From an uncultured Gammaproteobacteria bacterium (lineage in GTDB: Bacteria > Pseudomonadota > Gammaproteobacteria > Natronospirales > JAIVGZ01), in NCBI GenBank assembly GCA_964402835.1, contig CAYODZ010000228.1, forward strand, positions 1 to 57,516: a DNA stretch of 57,516 nt, written 5' to 3'. Every line of letters begins with the position of its first letter. The first letter of the stretch is position 1. Shown piece after piece: positions 1-10,000 of the stretch. The position numbers were made by a program, and so were the translations under genes. A model generated the notes under the pieces. The model was not told the DNA's origin. It ran no database searches and saw only the letters and a list, made by a program, of their open reading frames with translations.

Positions 1-871
1 GAATCTGATCGAGTACCGCGACGGCCGCGCCACGGGCGCCGTCGTGGACTGGGCGAGGGAAAGCCTGCCGAAGACATACCAGCACGGCGCCGGGCTGGCG
101 GTACGGGACCTGGGTGCACAAAGCGTGGTCGCTGTGGCCGGGGGCCCGCGCATCCACTCCCGTGCCGTCGCCGCGCTCGTCGATCGATTCCTGACAGACC
201 AGACGCAGATCGTGGCGAAGCTGCACGCGAACACCATCCGCGCGGCACGGGTCGTCCTGGAGCAGTCAGGATTCGGCGCCGAGATCGCAGCCGGCAAGAT
301 CGGGGGGATACCGCGCCGCACGGTCTCACGCGAGCTCGTACGCACTCTCCGCAGCCGTGTCAGCGCCGCCGCGGGTGAAGACGTCGACCTGACGCACGTC
401 GAGATCAACGGCCGGAATTACCGGGTCGAGGCGTGGGCTGAGATGCACGCGCGAACCGAACTGGCGCGAGCGAGCACCGCAGGCACGCGCGTCCTGAGCG
501 CATCGAACGGCGTGCGCCACGTGCAGATCACGAGTCACGCACACGAGCCCTGCATCTGCACGCCGTTCGAAGGACGAATCTACGCACTGGACGATGGGGA
601 TCCGGAGTTTCCGTGGATCGGCCTGGTACCCAGCGGCGGCTGCCCGATGCATCCGAACTGCGTGCATCGCGAAGCGCCGGCGGTTCTCCAGTTCCTGCGC
701 GCGCGGGGTGAGCTCGAGGGACGCACGACCATCCCTGCCGAATTCATTGGCCTGAGCGACAACGAGCTCGCACGACTGGTCCGCGCGAACCGCGATCAGC
801 TGGGCGTCTACAGCCGGAAGCGCGACGGGATCATGCCGGCCGACTTCCGACTGAAGCGGCAGGCGGCATGA
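1..871 (+). CDS. Minor head protein, Mu F / SPP1 gp7-like (3' part; 5' part is 57398..57516 if the contig is circular)
   Basis: Frame open from position 2. C-terminal motif CICTPFEGRIYALDDG...GGCPMHPNCVHRE resembles the Phage_Mu_F signature (..C..ldG....PP.HpnCRC). Confidence 0.65.
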   Translation, partial: NLIEYRDGRATGAVVDWARESLPKTYQHGAGLAVRDLGAQSVVAVAGGPRIHSRAVAALVDRFLTDQTQIVAKLHANTIRAARVVLEQSGFGAEIAAGKIGGIPRRTVSRELVRTLRSRVSAAAGEDVDLTHVEINGRNYRVEAWAEMHARTELARASTAGTRVLSASNGVRHVQITSHAHEPCICTPFEGRIYALDDGDPEFPWIGLVPSGGCPMHPNCVHREAPAVLQFLRARGELEGRTTIPAEFIGLSDNELARLVRANRDQLGVYSRKRDGIMPADFRLKRQAA

Positions 872-1155
872 GCTGCATCGAGATCAGGTCGCCGGGCGGA
901 CTCGTCGGGACTGTAGTGGAGGTCGACGGGCGCGCTGTGCCTCACGTGAGAGAGGTGGTGTTCCGGCACGCTGCGGGAGACCTGCCGCGCGTCGAGATCG
1001 GCATCCGCGGCCACAAAATCACGGCGCGGGGCTGTGTGGTTACCGTGTGGATCATCGGCGGGCAGGAGTTCACGGCGGCTGATGTCGAACAGTGCCGGTT
1101 GCAGGGAGCGAGCGACGTCGCTGACAAGCTCGCTGCTGTCATGGGGCTCGAATGA
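868..1155 (+). CDS. Hypothetical protein (head-tail region)
   Basis: ATGA stop/start overlap with upstream gene. 95 aa. No motif recognised. Confidence 0.45.
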   Translation: MSCIEIRSPGGLVGTVVEVDGRAVPHVREVVFRHAAGDLPRVEIGIRGHKITARGCVVTVWIIGGQEFTAADVEQCRLQGASDVADKLAAVMGLE

Positions 1156-1376
1156 TCGGCCCGGTAACCGTTCAGGTCCGCATCCAGGGAACGCGTCGAG
1201 TGTTGCTCTGCACACGCCTGCTCATGTATGCACGGCGGGCACGGCTCATATCGTCGGACACGCTGGTGGCGACGGTCAACGCGCTGATCCGCACAATGGA
1301 TGTAAGCGTGCGCACCGGCGGTGAATGGGTTTCACTCGGGCCGCCTGATGTCCATGCCCAGCAGGTATTGTCGTGA
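1152..1376 (+). CDS. Hypothetical protein
   Basis: ATGA overlap with upstream ORF and GC-rich third positions. No motif recognised. Confidence 0.4.
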   Translation: MIGPVTVQVRIQGTRRVLLCTRLLMYARRARLISSDTLVATVNALIRTMDVSVRTGGEWVSLGPPDVHAQQVLS

Positions 1377-1666
1377 TCGCCGCGTACGAGCGGTTCACGC
1401 ACGAGGCGCAGTGGGAGCGCAGCCTGGGAGATTCCACGATCCGCGGATTGCCGAATCGCGCGGCCGCCATCCCGATCCCGACGCGGAAGTCCGAGAAGTT
1501 CGAGGAGCTCGCCGGCGACATCACGAGCAATGTCCAGTACAGCACGCTGCCGGAACACCAGCCGAATCCGAAGGACGCGATCGACGGTGCGGAGATCGTG
1601 GTCGTGGAAGCCGTGAAGGATCTGAACGGAACCGTTCTCTGGTGGGTGGCCCATGGCCGGTCGTAG
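1373..1666 (+). CDS. Hypothetical protein (head-tail joining position)
   Basis: GTG start overlapping the upstream stop (GTGA). 97 aa. Call is by position only. Confidence 0.4.
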   Translation: MIAAYERFTHEAQWERSLGDSTIRGLPNRAAAIPIPTRKSEKFEELAGDITSNVQYSTLPEHQPNPKDAIDGAEIVVVEAVKDLNGTVLWWVAHGRS

Positions 1667-2087
1667 CAGCATCCGCATGGTGAGTAACCGAACACAGGAC
1701 GTCTCAGCACGCGTGCGCGGAGCAGTTGGCGGCGCAGTGCGCGACATCGGCCTCGACCTACTGAGCCAGGCGGTCGTCCTGGCCCCGGTCGACGAAGGTC
1801 CGCTCCGCGGATCCGGAACCGCGCACTTCAACGGCGAGCGCATCGCGACGGGCCGGGACTTCGACCCGCTCGCGGAGGGCGATGGGGGGTTACAGGGCGG
1901 TGCGGGCACGGACCCGACGACGAGCGTGGTCGCCTTCAACATGGTCTACGCGACCGCGCAGCACGAGGGCACCGACTTCCATCACCCTAAGGGCGGTGAG
2001 GCCAAGTATCTCGAGCGACCGCTGGAAGAGAACCGGCAGCTGTATACGCAGGCGATCCTCGATGCTGCGAAGAAGGCGCTTGAGTAA
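1653..2087 (+). CDS. HK97 gp10-family head-tail joining protein
   Basis: C-terminal stretch MVYATAQHEGTDFHHPKGGEAKYLERPL is typical of the HK97 gp10 family. Sits between connector and tail genes. Confidence 0.6.
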   Translation: MAGRSSIRMVSNRTQDVSARVRGAVGGAVRDIGLDLLSQAVVLAPVDEGPLRGSGTAHFNGERIATGRDFDPLAEGDGGLQGGAGTDPTTSVVAFNMVYATAQHEGTDFHHPKGGEAKYLERPLEENRQLYTQAILDAAKKALE

Positions 2088-2488
2088 TGCTCGCCGGCGC
2101 CGTTCAGCAGTACCTGCTGGCGCAGGGCATGACTCCGGTGAGCGTGGATGGCTTCGGCGACTATACGACCGTAGGAGCGGCCGCAGTCAGCGTGCACGCG
2201 GAGTCGGACGCGGATGCGGAGTTGGTGGGCGGCAGCTACAACGCCAGGGTGCAGCTGCGTGGGCGTGCGTCCAACGCCGTCGCGGCCGAGAACGTCGCGC
2301 GTCAGGCGCTGGCGCTGCTGCTGTCGGCGGACGGAACCGTGATCGGGTGGGACGACCCTACGGGTGAGCAGGACCGCACGTATCTGCTGGAAGCGATCAG
2401 GGTGGTAAACCGACCGACGTGGTACCCGACGCCCAGGGTGGGCGAGGAAACGAGCTGCAATTGTCGGCTCATGGTGACTGAGACCTGA
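2087..2488 (+). CDS. Tail completion/terminator-position structural protein
   Basis: Stop/start overlap (TAATG). Lies immediately upstream of the major tail gene. Function from synteny only. Confidence 0.4.
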   Translation: MLAGAVQQYLLAQGMTPVSVDGFGDYTTVGAAAVSVHAESDADAELVGGSYNARVQLRGRASNAVAAENVARQALALLLSADGTVIGWDDPTGEQDRTYLLEAIRVVNRPTWYPTPRVGEETSCNCRLMVTET

Positions 2489-2501
2489 ACGGAGAACTGA
2501 C

Positions 2502-2930
2502 ATGGGAAAGACGCTTGCACTGGGCACAATCCTGTCCGTTGAGGACGACACGCCGGCGTTCATACCGGTCGGCAACCTGACCACCGTTCCGGTTCCGAGC
2601 GGCGAGAAGGGCGAGGTCGAGATGACCGACTTCGACAGCGTGGCGAAGGAATACCTGCCGACGCTGACCGATAACGGCGTGATCGAATTCGGCGGCTTCT
2701 TCAACGGCACGAACCCCGGCCAGCTGCTCCTGCTCGACGACGCGAACGACCCGGATGCGACAGCCCGGAACTTCCAGATCGATTTCGTGCGGCAGGACAT
2801 CCGCTTCACGTTCATGGCGTTCGTACGGCGTGCCGCACCGACGGCGCCCGGGCCCGAGCAGCCGTACAGCTTCGCCGGGTCGATCCGTGTCACGGGCGCG
2901 GTCGCTCGCGTAACCCCGATCCCGGCGTAG
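2502..2930 (+). CDS. Major tail (tube) protein
   Basis: GGAG Shine-Dalgarno upstream. 142 aa, directly before the G/GT chaperone pair and tape measure. Sequence style of TP901-1/phi13-type tail tube proteins (..GNLTTVPVPSGEKGEVEMTDFDS..). Confidence 0.6.
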   Translation: MGKTLALGTILSVEDDTPAFIPVGNLTTVPVPSGEKGEVEMTDFDSVAKEYLPTLTDNGVIEFGGFFNGTNPGQLLLLDDANDPDATARNFQIDFVRQDIRFTFMAFVRRAAPTAPGPEQPYSFAGSIRVTGAVARVTPIPA

Positions 2931-2934
2931 TCGG

Positions 2935-3261
2935 ATGGGTTTCGCTGAGCATATACCGACCGTCACGATCGAACTGGACAAGCCGCGTCGTATCGCGTGC
3001 ACGAACGCGTCACTGCGGCGTGCACGCCAGGCCCTGCGTGGAGACTCGGACATGACGGAAACTCTGTCCGTGCGCCTCTGGGCCATGCTGGAGCGGGAGG
3101 ACGGCGAGGCCCTGACGCTGGAGCAGGTGGAGGAGTGGATCTATCCCGGCAACACCGACGCGATATCCACTGCGATCGTGGACGCGTTCCGGCTGGGAGG
3201 TATCGACACGGACGCGGGAAAAGCACCGAGGAAGGCGAGCGCAAGGAAACGCGCGAGGTAG
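2935..3261 (+). CDS. Tail assembly chaperone (gpG-like)
   Basis: Canonical position between tube and tape measure. Contains the slippery heptamer near its 3' end. Confidence 0.7.
   Translation: MGFAEHIPTVTIELDKPRRIACTNASLRRARQALRGDSDMTETLSVRLWAMLEREDGEALTLEQVEEWIYPGNTDAISTAIVDAFRLGGIDTDAGKAPRKASARKRAR
3216..3222 (+). promoter_or_regulatory. -1 programmed ribosomal frameshift slippery heptamer G_GGA_AAA
   Basis: GGGAAAA lies in X_XXY_YYZ register of the G frame (codons GGA AAA at 3217/3220). The -1 frame is open from here to 3593. Lambda G/GT uses GGGAAAG. Confidence 0.7.
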
Positions 3262-3593
3262 ACCTCGACGAGTGGTGGTCCGTCGGCGTCTACGATCTCG
3301 GTCTTGAGAGCGATTTCTTCTGGGATGGCCTGACCCCGAAGCTGTTCAGGCTGCTCTGCGAGCGACACCAGGTGCGGCAGAGGCGGGAGGACCGGCGAGC
3401 GGGCGAGGTCGCGGTCGCGATCTACAACGTATATCGGGACACGAAGAAGCGTCCCGACCCGTGGGACTGGATGGACATCTTCCCCGAGCACCGCGAGCTC
3501 GAAGAGCCGCAGACTGAAGAGCAGATGCTCATGAACATGAACCTGTTGGCTGGACACATCGATGAGGATCAGGTAGCCGATGGAGCTGGCTGA
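3222..3593 (+). CDS. gpT-like extension of the tail assembly chaperone (made as a 2935..3222/3222..3593 fusion by -1 frameshift)
   Basis: The -1 frame reads GKSTEEGERKETREVDLDEWW... with no stop until 3593, which overlaps the tape measure start. Confidence 0.65.
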   Translation, partial: STEEGERKETREVDLDEWWSVGVYDLGLESDFFWDGLTPKLFRLLCERHQVRQRREDRRAGEVAVAIYNVYRDTKKRPDPWDWMDIFPEHRELEEPQTEEQMLMNMNLLAGHIDEDQVADGAG

Positions 3594-6120
3594 ACTCTCC
3601 GTAAAGCTCTCGGCAGACCTGGCCGAGTTCGAGCGCAGCATGAATGCGGCGGACGCGCGCATCGAGTCCATGACGCGCGACCTGCCGGCCGTCAGGGTCA
3701 ACGCTGACACGTCCGGCGTGGAGCAGGGCCTCGCGGCGGTCGATCGTCAGATTCATGACATGAGCGGCGCGGTCCAGATCGACTCGGACACGGTGCTGTT
3801 CGAGCAGGCGCTCGCCGAAATCAATCGCGAACTACAATCGCTTGGCGGCGACCCGATACCCATCCCGATCAACGCCGACGTAGCCGAACTCGAGCAGCAC
3901 CTGGCCGAGCTCCAAAATCGCATAGCATCGTTCGACTGGACAGCAACGATCGATGCTGACACCTCTGGCATCGATCGCAGCCTCACGGCCGTGGACCAGT
4001 CCATGGACCGGTTCCGCGAGAAGGTCATCGACGTATCAGGGATAGCGGAAGCGCAGGAAACCACAGCTGCATCGGCCGTGTCCTCGATCGACGCCCAGAT
4101 CGCGGCTCTCGACCGGCAGATCGAGGCCGAAGCCGACCTGGCCCGTCACCACGAACGCATCATCGAACTGGAGCGGCAGTGGCAGGCGCAGCAGGCTGCC
4201 ACGGCCGCGGCCTCCACGCCGAAACTCGACAATGCCGCCGCGCAGGCGCAGGGCCGCGAGTTCGCGCTGTCGCTCGCGGCCGGACTCGAGCAGCAATTCA
4301 AGTTCGACATGGCCCGCATCAAGGAGGACCAGCTCCGCGGGATACTGACGCCGGAGGAAGCGGAGCAGGCGGGACGTCAGGCGGGACTCGCATTCAATGA
4401 GGGCATTCAGTCCACGCTCGACCAGGCACGCGGGCGGGGTGCGTTCGGCGGTGAGCAGGGCACGGCCGCGTACACGAAGATCGCGGGGTCGCTGAAGGAC
4501 GTGGACGCGGCTGCGAAGGGTGCCACGTTGAACGTGGGGCGGCTGAACCCGACCATCGCATCGCTGGCCGCGCGTGCGGCCGGCGCCCACCCGGTCACGG
4601 GGCAGCTCGCTAACGTTCTGGGCTCATTTGCGATCGGATCAGCGCTCACAGTGGGCGTGCTCGCTGGCCTCGCCGCGGTTGGTTTCGCGTGGAATAAATG
4701 GACTCATGACGCGCGTGAAGCGGCAAAGGCCGCCAAGGATGCGATCGACGAAGTAGAGCGGCTCGCGCGGGCCAACATGGTCGGCTCTGTTCAGAGCACA
4801 GCGATCACTGAAGCGCAGTCGGAGATGACGAGACTGCGGGCTCTGATCGACGAAGCGAAGCGACCTCGCTCCATGGCTGAGATCGAGACTGGTGTTTCCG
4901 CTCCATCGGAAGCCGCCATCGCGAAGCTGCAGGCGCAGTATGATCGCTATTCCGAGATCGTCGAGAAGGCCGAGACGCAGACGTCGGACGCGATCGATGG
5001 TGCGAACGAGCGCAATCAGCAGGCCTACGACTCGAACCTTGCAGCGCTGATCGCCGCGAATAAAGCCACGGAGGAGGAGCGTGCGCGCGCGCGGCAGCGG
5101 ATTGCCGAGCACAACGCCAAGCTGGAAGAACTCGCCAAGGGGCCACAGACGGATGAAACGAGGGCGGAGCGTGCCCGTCTCGCGGCGTCAGCGGGGCAAC
5201 TCACGTCCGCGCTGACACGGCAGCCGAAGGCCGTCCAGATCCCGGAGTTCGACAAGCTGATGCGGCAGTTGCGTGAGCAGGAAGTGGGTTTCGCGCAGTC
5301 GGAGCGTGCGGCCTACGAGTACTCGCTCACACTGAACAAGGGCCTGACGCCGGCGCAGCGCTCGCTCGTGCTGGCACAATTCGACGCGACCGCAGCGGCC
5401 GAGGCCCAGCGCCAGGCGGACGACGATGCGGCAAAGGCCACGGAACGGTTCCAGGAACGGCTGGCTGACCTGAATGCCACGATCGAGATCGAACACCTTC
5501 GGCTCACACAGGGCGTCGAGGCTGCACGGCGGTATGAGCTGGCGCAGGAAGGCATCACCGGTGCAATCGCTGACGAGATCATTGCACGCGAGCGACGGAA
5601 CCGGAGCCTAGATGAGGAAGCTGAAGCACGGGAGGCGGCGGCCGATGCGGCAGCCGACGCGGTGGAGCGAGCGGCAGAACGACAGCAACAGCAGCTCGAC
5701 GCCGTCGCCGAGAGCATGGCGGGATCCGTGGGCGATGCGTTCACGGACTGGATCACGGGAGCGGAGGAGTTCGAGGAAGCATTCACCCGGATGATCAACT
5801 CGATGATCCGTGACATCATACGGCTCGCCGTACAGAAGGCGCTTGTAGACCCGCTCGTACGCATCTTCGGTGGAATCATCGGTGGATTCGTTGGCGGGCC
5901 GGCAGGCGCGGTCGCACTGCCGGGTAACGTCTATGGTGTGAGTGCTCCCGCGAGCGCCGTCCCCGCCGTGTCCTCCGTGTCCGCCGTCCCCGCCGCAGGG
6001 CTGAGCCTGGAGGTGAACGTTCCGCCCGCGCAGGACCCGATCACGCTAGTGCGTGACGCACAGTGGCAGAAGGCCCTCCGTGAGTCGCTCAGGGTGGCCC
6101 GCTCGCAAGGCTTCAACTGA
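3580..6120 (+). CDS. Tape measure protein
   Basis: 846 aa, long Ala/Glu/Arg-rich coiled-coil regions, hydrophobic Gly-rich segments (GSFAIGSALTVGVLAGLAAVGFAW; IFGGIIGGFVGGPAG). Position after G/GT. Confidence 0.85.
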   Translation: MELAELSVKLSADLAEFERSMNAADARIESMTRDLPAVRVNADTSGVEQGLAAVDRQIHDMSGAVQIDSDTVLFEQALAEINRELQSLGGDPIPIPINADVAELEQHLAELQNRIASFDWTATIDADTSGIDRSLTAVDQSMDRFREKVIDVSGIAEAQETTAASAVSSIDAQIAALDRQIEAEADLARHHERIIELERQWQAQQAATAAASTPKLDNAAAQAQGREFALSLAAGLEQQFKFDMARIKEDQLRGILTPEEAEQAGRQAGLAFNEGIQSTLDQARGRGAFGGEQGTAAYTKIAGSLKDVDAAAKGATLNVGRLNPTIASLAARAAGAHPVTGQLANVLGSFAIGSALTVGVLAGLAAVGFAWNKWTHDAREAAKAAKDAIDEVERLARANMVGSVQSTAITEAQSEMTRLRALIDEAKRPRSMAEIETGVSAPSEAAIAKLQAQYDRYSEIVEKAETQTSDAIDGANERNQQAYDSNLAALIAANKATEEERARARQRIAEHNAKLEELAKGPQTDETRAERARLAASAGQLTSALTRQPKAVQIPEFDKLMRQLREQEVGFAQSERAAYEYSLTLNKGLTPAQRSLVLAQFDATAAAEAQRQADDDAAKATERFQERLADLNATIEIEHLRLTQGVEAARRYELAQEGITGAIADEIIARERRNRSLDEEAEAREAAADAAADAVERAAERQQQQLDAVAESMAGSVGDAFTDWITGAEEFEEAFTRMINSMIRDIIRLAVQKALVDPLVRIFGGIIGGFVGGPAGAVALPGNVYGVSAPASAVPAVSSVSAVPAAGLSLEVNVPPAQDPITLVRDAQWQKALRESLRVARSQGFN

Positions 6121-7052
6121 TGGCATCACAATTCGGCAGCGGGTTTAAGTACACACCGCCCGGCGGGTCACTTACCACGCATCCGGCGAAGCTCCGGCTG
6201 CGTGCAGGCGTCGCGGCGCACGTGCAAACCCGCTACCGCAGTATCGCGCTCGACCAACGCACGATCGACGTGGTGACGATCGATGGTGGTGCGGATGAAT
6301 TACAGGGCGTGATCCGGTTCGATCACGATCCGTCCGCGCTGTTGGCAATGCTGAGGCACGGCGCGAACGGTGTCACGTTGACGTACTACCCGGACCTGGA
6401 TGGCGCAGATTCGTTCCCGTTTGCGCTGATGAACTTTGCTGAGGTAGTCGAAATAACTGCTGATCCGGATCGGTTCTTCGCGCGTGAGTGGGAAACCACA
6501 GTTTGGCTGCGGCGCGTGGATGGTGGCTCCATCGACACACTGATCAGCGCCAACTACGCCAAAAATCCCGGCTTCGAGGCTGGGACGCTCGCGCCCCATG
6601 TCGCACTGAACAGCGGCGGGGCGTGGTCGGCGTCCACCCTTACAGGCATTGAGCGCACCGGGGCGTGGGCCGCCCAGTATGTACCGACAGGTCAGTCCGG
6701 CACTGCAGCTTTGGAGGTGAATGGCGCCCTCGCGTCGCCGGCGGGCCACATGGCGGTTTCGGCTGGCCGCGTGGCAACGCACGAGGCATGGGTCCGGTGT
6801 GAGGATGTGGCGCCCGCGAATGAGATGCGGATTCAACTCTCGTGGCGCGCGGCGAACGGTACTGAAATCTCCGCCACGGACGGCATCGGCGCCGAGCCCA
6901 CCACGACGTACGCCCGCATCTTCGCAACGGGCACTGCGCCCGCAGGAGCGGCGTATGTGGTGCCGCGCGTGTTCGTACTGGACGACGGCTTCACAACGAA
7001 CGTGCTCCGGGTAGACGACATGCGGCTCATGCACGGCAGTGGCGGCGCATGA
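6120..7052 (+). CDS. Distal tail protein (Dit-like) with C-terminal carbohydrate-binding-module-like domain
   Basis: Immediately follows the tape measure (TGATG overlap). C-terminal half (NPGFEAG...VDDMRL) resembles CBM4/9-type jelly-roll modules. Confidence 0.5.
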   Translation: MASQFGSGFKYTPPGGSLTTHPAKLRLRAGVAAHVQTRYRSIALDQRTIDVVTIDGGADELQGVIRFDHDPSALLAMLRHGANGVTLTYYPDLDGADSFPFALMNFAEVVEITADPDRFFAREWETTVWLRRVDGGSIDTLISANYAKNPGFEAGTLAPHVALNSGGAWSASTLTGIERTGAWAAQYVPTGQSGTAALEVNGALASPAGHMAVSAGRVATHEAWVRCEDVAPANEMRIQLSWRAANGTEISATDGIGAEPTTTYARIFATGTAPAGAAYVVPRVFVLDDGFTTNVLRVDDMRLMHGSGGA

Positions 7053-10000
7053 ACGTAGTTCGCTCGTTCAGGCTGCGGTGTCACAACCGCGGCGAAAACA
7101 ATCCGACGGACCTCACGGTCGACTTCACCATCGGACTCGACGCGCTCGCGGCCCCGCCGGTATTGCCAGGACCGATCGTGCGACCGTTCGAAGGCCGCAC
7201 GGAAACGCAGGCCTGGAATTTATCTGTCATCGACACGGCGAGCGTTATCACGTCGCGGCTGGCGGACGCTGGCGGCCGAATGCATCTGCTGGGACGCATC
7301 GTCACCGTGGAGATGCAGGAGGATGGCGGCGCCTGGGCGACGATCGGCACCGCACGGCTGACGGACATCTCGCAGTCTCAGGGGCCGGGGCGCTACACGC
7401 TGTCGCTCGAAGATGAGCGCTGGCGCGAGAGGAACACCTTCATCTTCACGCGCTCCGATACGACGTCGCTCTGGCCGCAAGGGCTGCGCTTTCCGTTTCG
7501 CCGTTTCCCTTCCATCGGCACGCAGTCCTGCCTGATCGAGGCCGTGCGCAGCAATGTCGTCCTGATAGAGCCCGGCCTATTGCACGACCCGCTGCTGGCG
7601 GACCTGGAGGCTCTGCTGGTCGGCGACATACGCCCGGACGCAGAGGCGCATGACCTGGTAACGCAAGGGAACTTCGAGACGCTCCGCGCGAACATCGAAG
7701 GTACCGACTACGAGGTGGTCGGCTTCGACACGAGCTATACGTCCGGAGGGAATGCCACGCCTGGGCCGGGCGTTACGCGCGATGGCGACAAGGTGACGGA
7801 TTCGACCGGTCGACTGGCGCCGTTCTGGGTCTACTGGCCCACCAGCCAGCCGACACCAGGCGTCAGCGTCGACGTGCGCCTGTATGCCCCGGAGCACGAG
7901 CCTGACGCCTCTTACCCGCTGCACATCGGCGTGCAGGGCACAGCGCACGACTACGGCACCACGGACGGGCGCATCCACCCGTTCGACGCACTGGAGCGGG
8001 CGTACATCGAGGCCGGACTGCGCTTCGACCCGGCCGCGTTCGCCGCGCTGAAGGCGGATCCGCGCTACCTGAAGTCGGCATGGCGCATCACGAGTAAGCG
8101 CAAGACTGCGGAATGGGCAGAGGAGGCGATCTATCAGCCGAACCTGGTAATACCGTTCATCGACAACGAGGGGCGGATCGCTCCGAAGGCCATCCACAAC
8201 CCGGCCAATATCGACCCTGACACGCTTTTCGTGTTCGACGCGAGCAACACGAAGGCGCCGCACGTGACGTGGCATCACGGCACGCGGGACGCGTATAACA
8301 TCCTGCGCGTGCAGTACCAACAGGAACTCTGGGTGCCGCGCGTACCGGGCGAGTCGGACATTGGCGAGCGGAAGGTGCCGACTGACCGCATCGCCGTGAC
8401 CGAGCAGGATCTGCCGCCGTTCGAGCATGACACCGTGGAGGTCATCCTCCCGCGCGATATCACCGTCCGCATGGACGGTCTGCACCGTGGCCAGGGCCGG
8501 GGTATTACCGGGTTCATTGAGGACGTAGCGTCGCCGCCCGCCGCGCTCATCAAGGACCACTCGCAGCGCTTCGCCGACGAGCTGTTCGAGGTGACCGGCG
8601 ACGGGCCGCAGACCGGCACCATTCACGGCATGCTGTCCACGAGCTCCGTGGCCTCGGGCGACCTGGCAATCATCGACCAGGACAGGCTGAAGAACCCGAA
8701 CCCGGCGGAGAACGCGCGGAGCGGCAGCCGCATCGTGCGTATCATGCAGCGCACGCCCCACGTCGACGGCTACGGGTTCGAGTACATGGACATCGGGCCG
8801 GCGCTCCAGCCGCTGGCCGAGCCGACCATCGCGATCGCACAGAACGCAGAGAACCCGAGGAACGCGGTCGACATCACGGTGAGCGACGTGCCAGCCGGCG
8901 CGCGGGTGGACGTATTCGTCGGCCTTGACGCAGCGTTCGCCACGATGCTGCGCGAGTTGCCGGGCGTGGGCGCTGGCGTGTACACGGTGACCGGGATGCC
9001 GTCCGGTACTACGATCTACGCTGCTGGCTCTTCGCACGCAGCGGGCCGCACGTCGAGCCTGCTGTCGTCGCCCGTGTCCGTGGTGACGGCCGTGGACCCG
9101 CCGATGGTGCGCGATGCGACGCTGACGTTGAACGCCGATGGCAGCGCCACGCTCACGTGGACCGTCAACCCCATAACGCTCGGCGTTCGGATCGTCTATG
9201 TCGGCCATTCCGCGGACGCAGACCCCATCATCCTCGCGAACCCGGCAGACGTAGATGCCACGCTCGGCACGTACACTTTCCCCGCATCGGTCGTCACTGG
9301 GGAGAGGTTCAGTGTCGGTATTACGCCGTATCCGGGATTTGCTGCCGGTGCCGTATCCGGGACGCCGGGAGAGCAGCTAGTACGCTCCATCCCGGTCGTG
9401 GCCGGACCGGCAGTGTTCGTGACGATGGAGTTCTTCCACGATCACGCCAAGTTCTACCTGCGGCGCTTTGCAGATTCCGTCTGGGTGTACGAACTGACCG
9501 TCGAGGATGGTGCCGACCTGGGCGAGCCGGACATCACAGGCCAGACGCCAACGGTTCTGCCGACGGAGACGGAGTACGAGGTCGACTATCCCGACACCGG
9601 TTTCGTCACGTTCGTGTACTTCGAGGCGCGCGGCTCTGACCCGTCCGTGGTAGGTCAGGGTGCTTATTTCGCCGTGCCGGGGCGCCGTGACGTAGGTCCG
9701 CACCTAGTCGGCCGGCCGTCGCTCTCAGTCGTGGCCGGCGACCTTGTGGTTACGTGGTCGCACCTCGCGCAATCGCTGGACGCGCTCGGTGTGCGGATCT
9801 ACTACGTCGCGCATGACGCGCTGGCACGACCGCCGATGACGACGTTCGTGGACGTGGACATCTTCGATGGCTCGCACACTTTCGATAGCTCGCTCCTGAC
9901 GGGTACGTTCTTCTCGCTGGAGATCGAGGTCTGGACAGGGTTCGCCGGCGGGTCGGTGACGGGGCTGCCGGGGATCATCCGCATCGCCATGACGTTCGAG

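Noticed and set aside
7577-9208. Very long antisense or alternative-frame ORFs. Examples: 7577..9208 (-), 39632..41299 (-), 50372..51559 (-), 28099..29325 (-), 1172..1942 (-), 13422..14393 (-), 46900..48201 (+), 55284..56510 (-).
   Set aside because: These are typical shadow ORFs of high-GC DNA. Translations are Arg/Ala/Pro/Gly-rich and low-complexity with no motifs. In each case the opposite strand or another frame encodes a protein with recognisable domains, good gene-to-gene coupling and GC-rich third positions.
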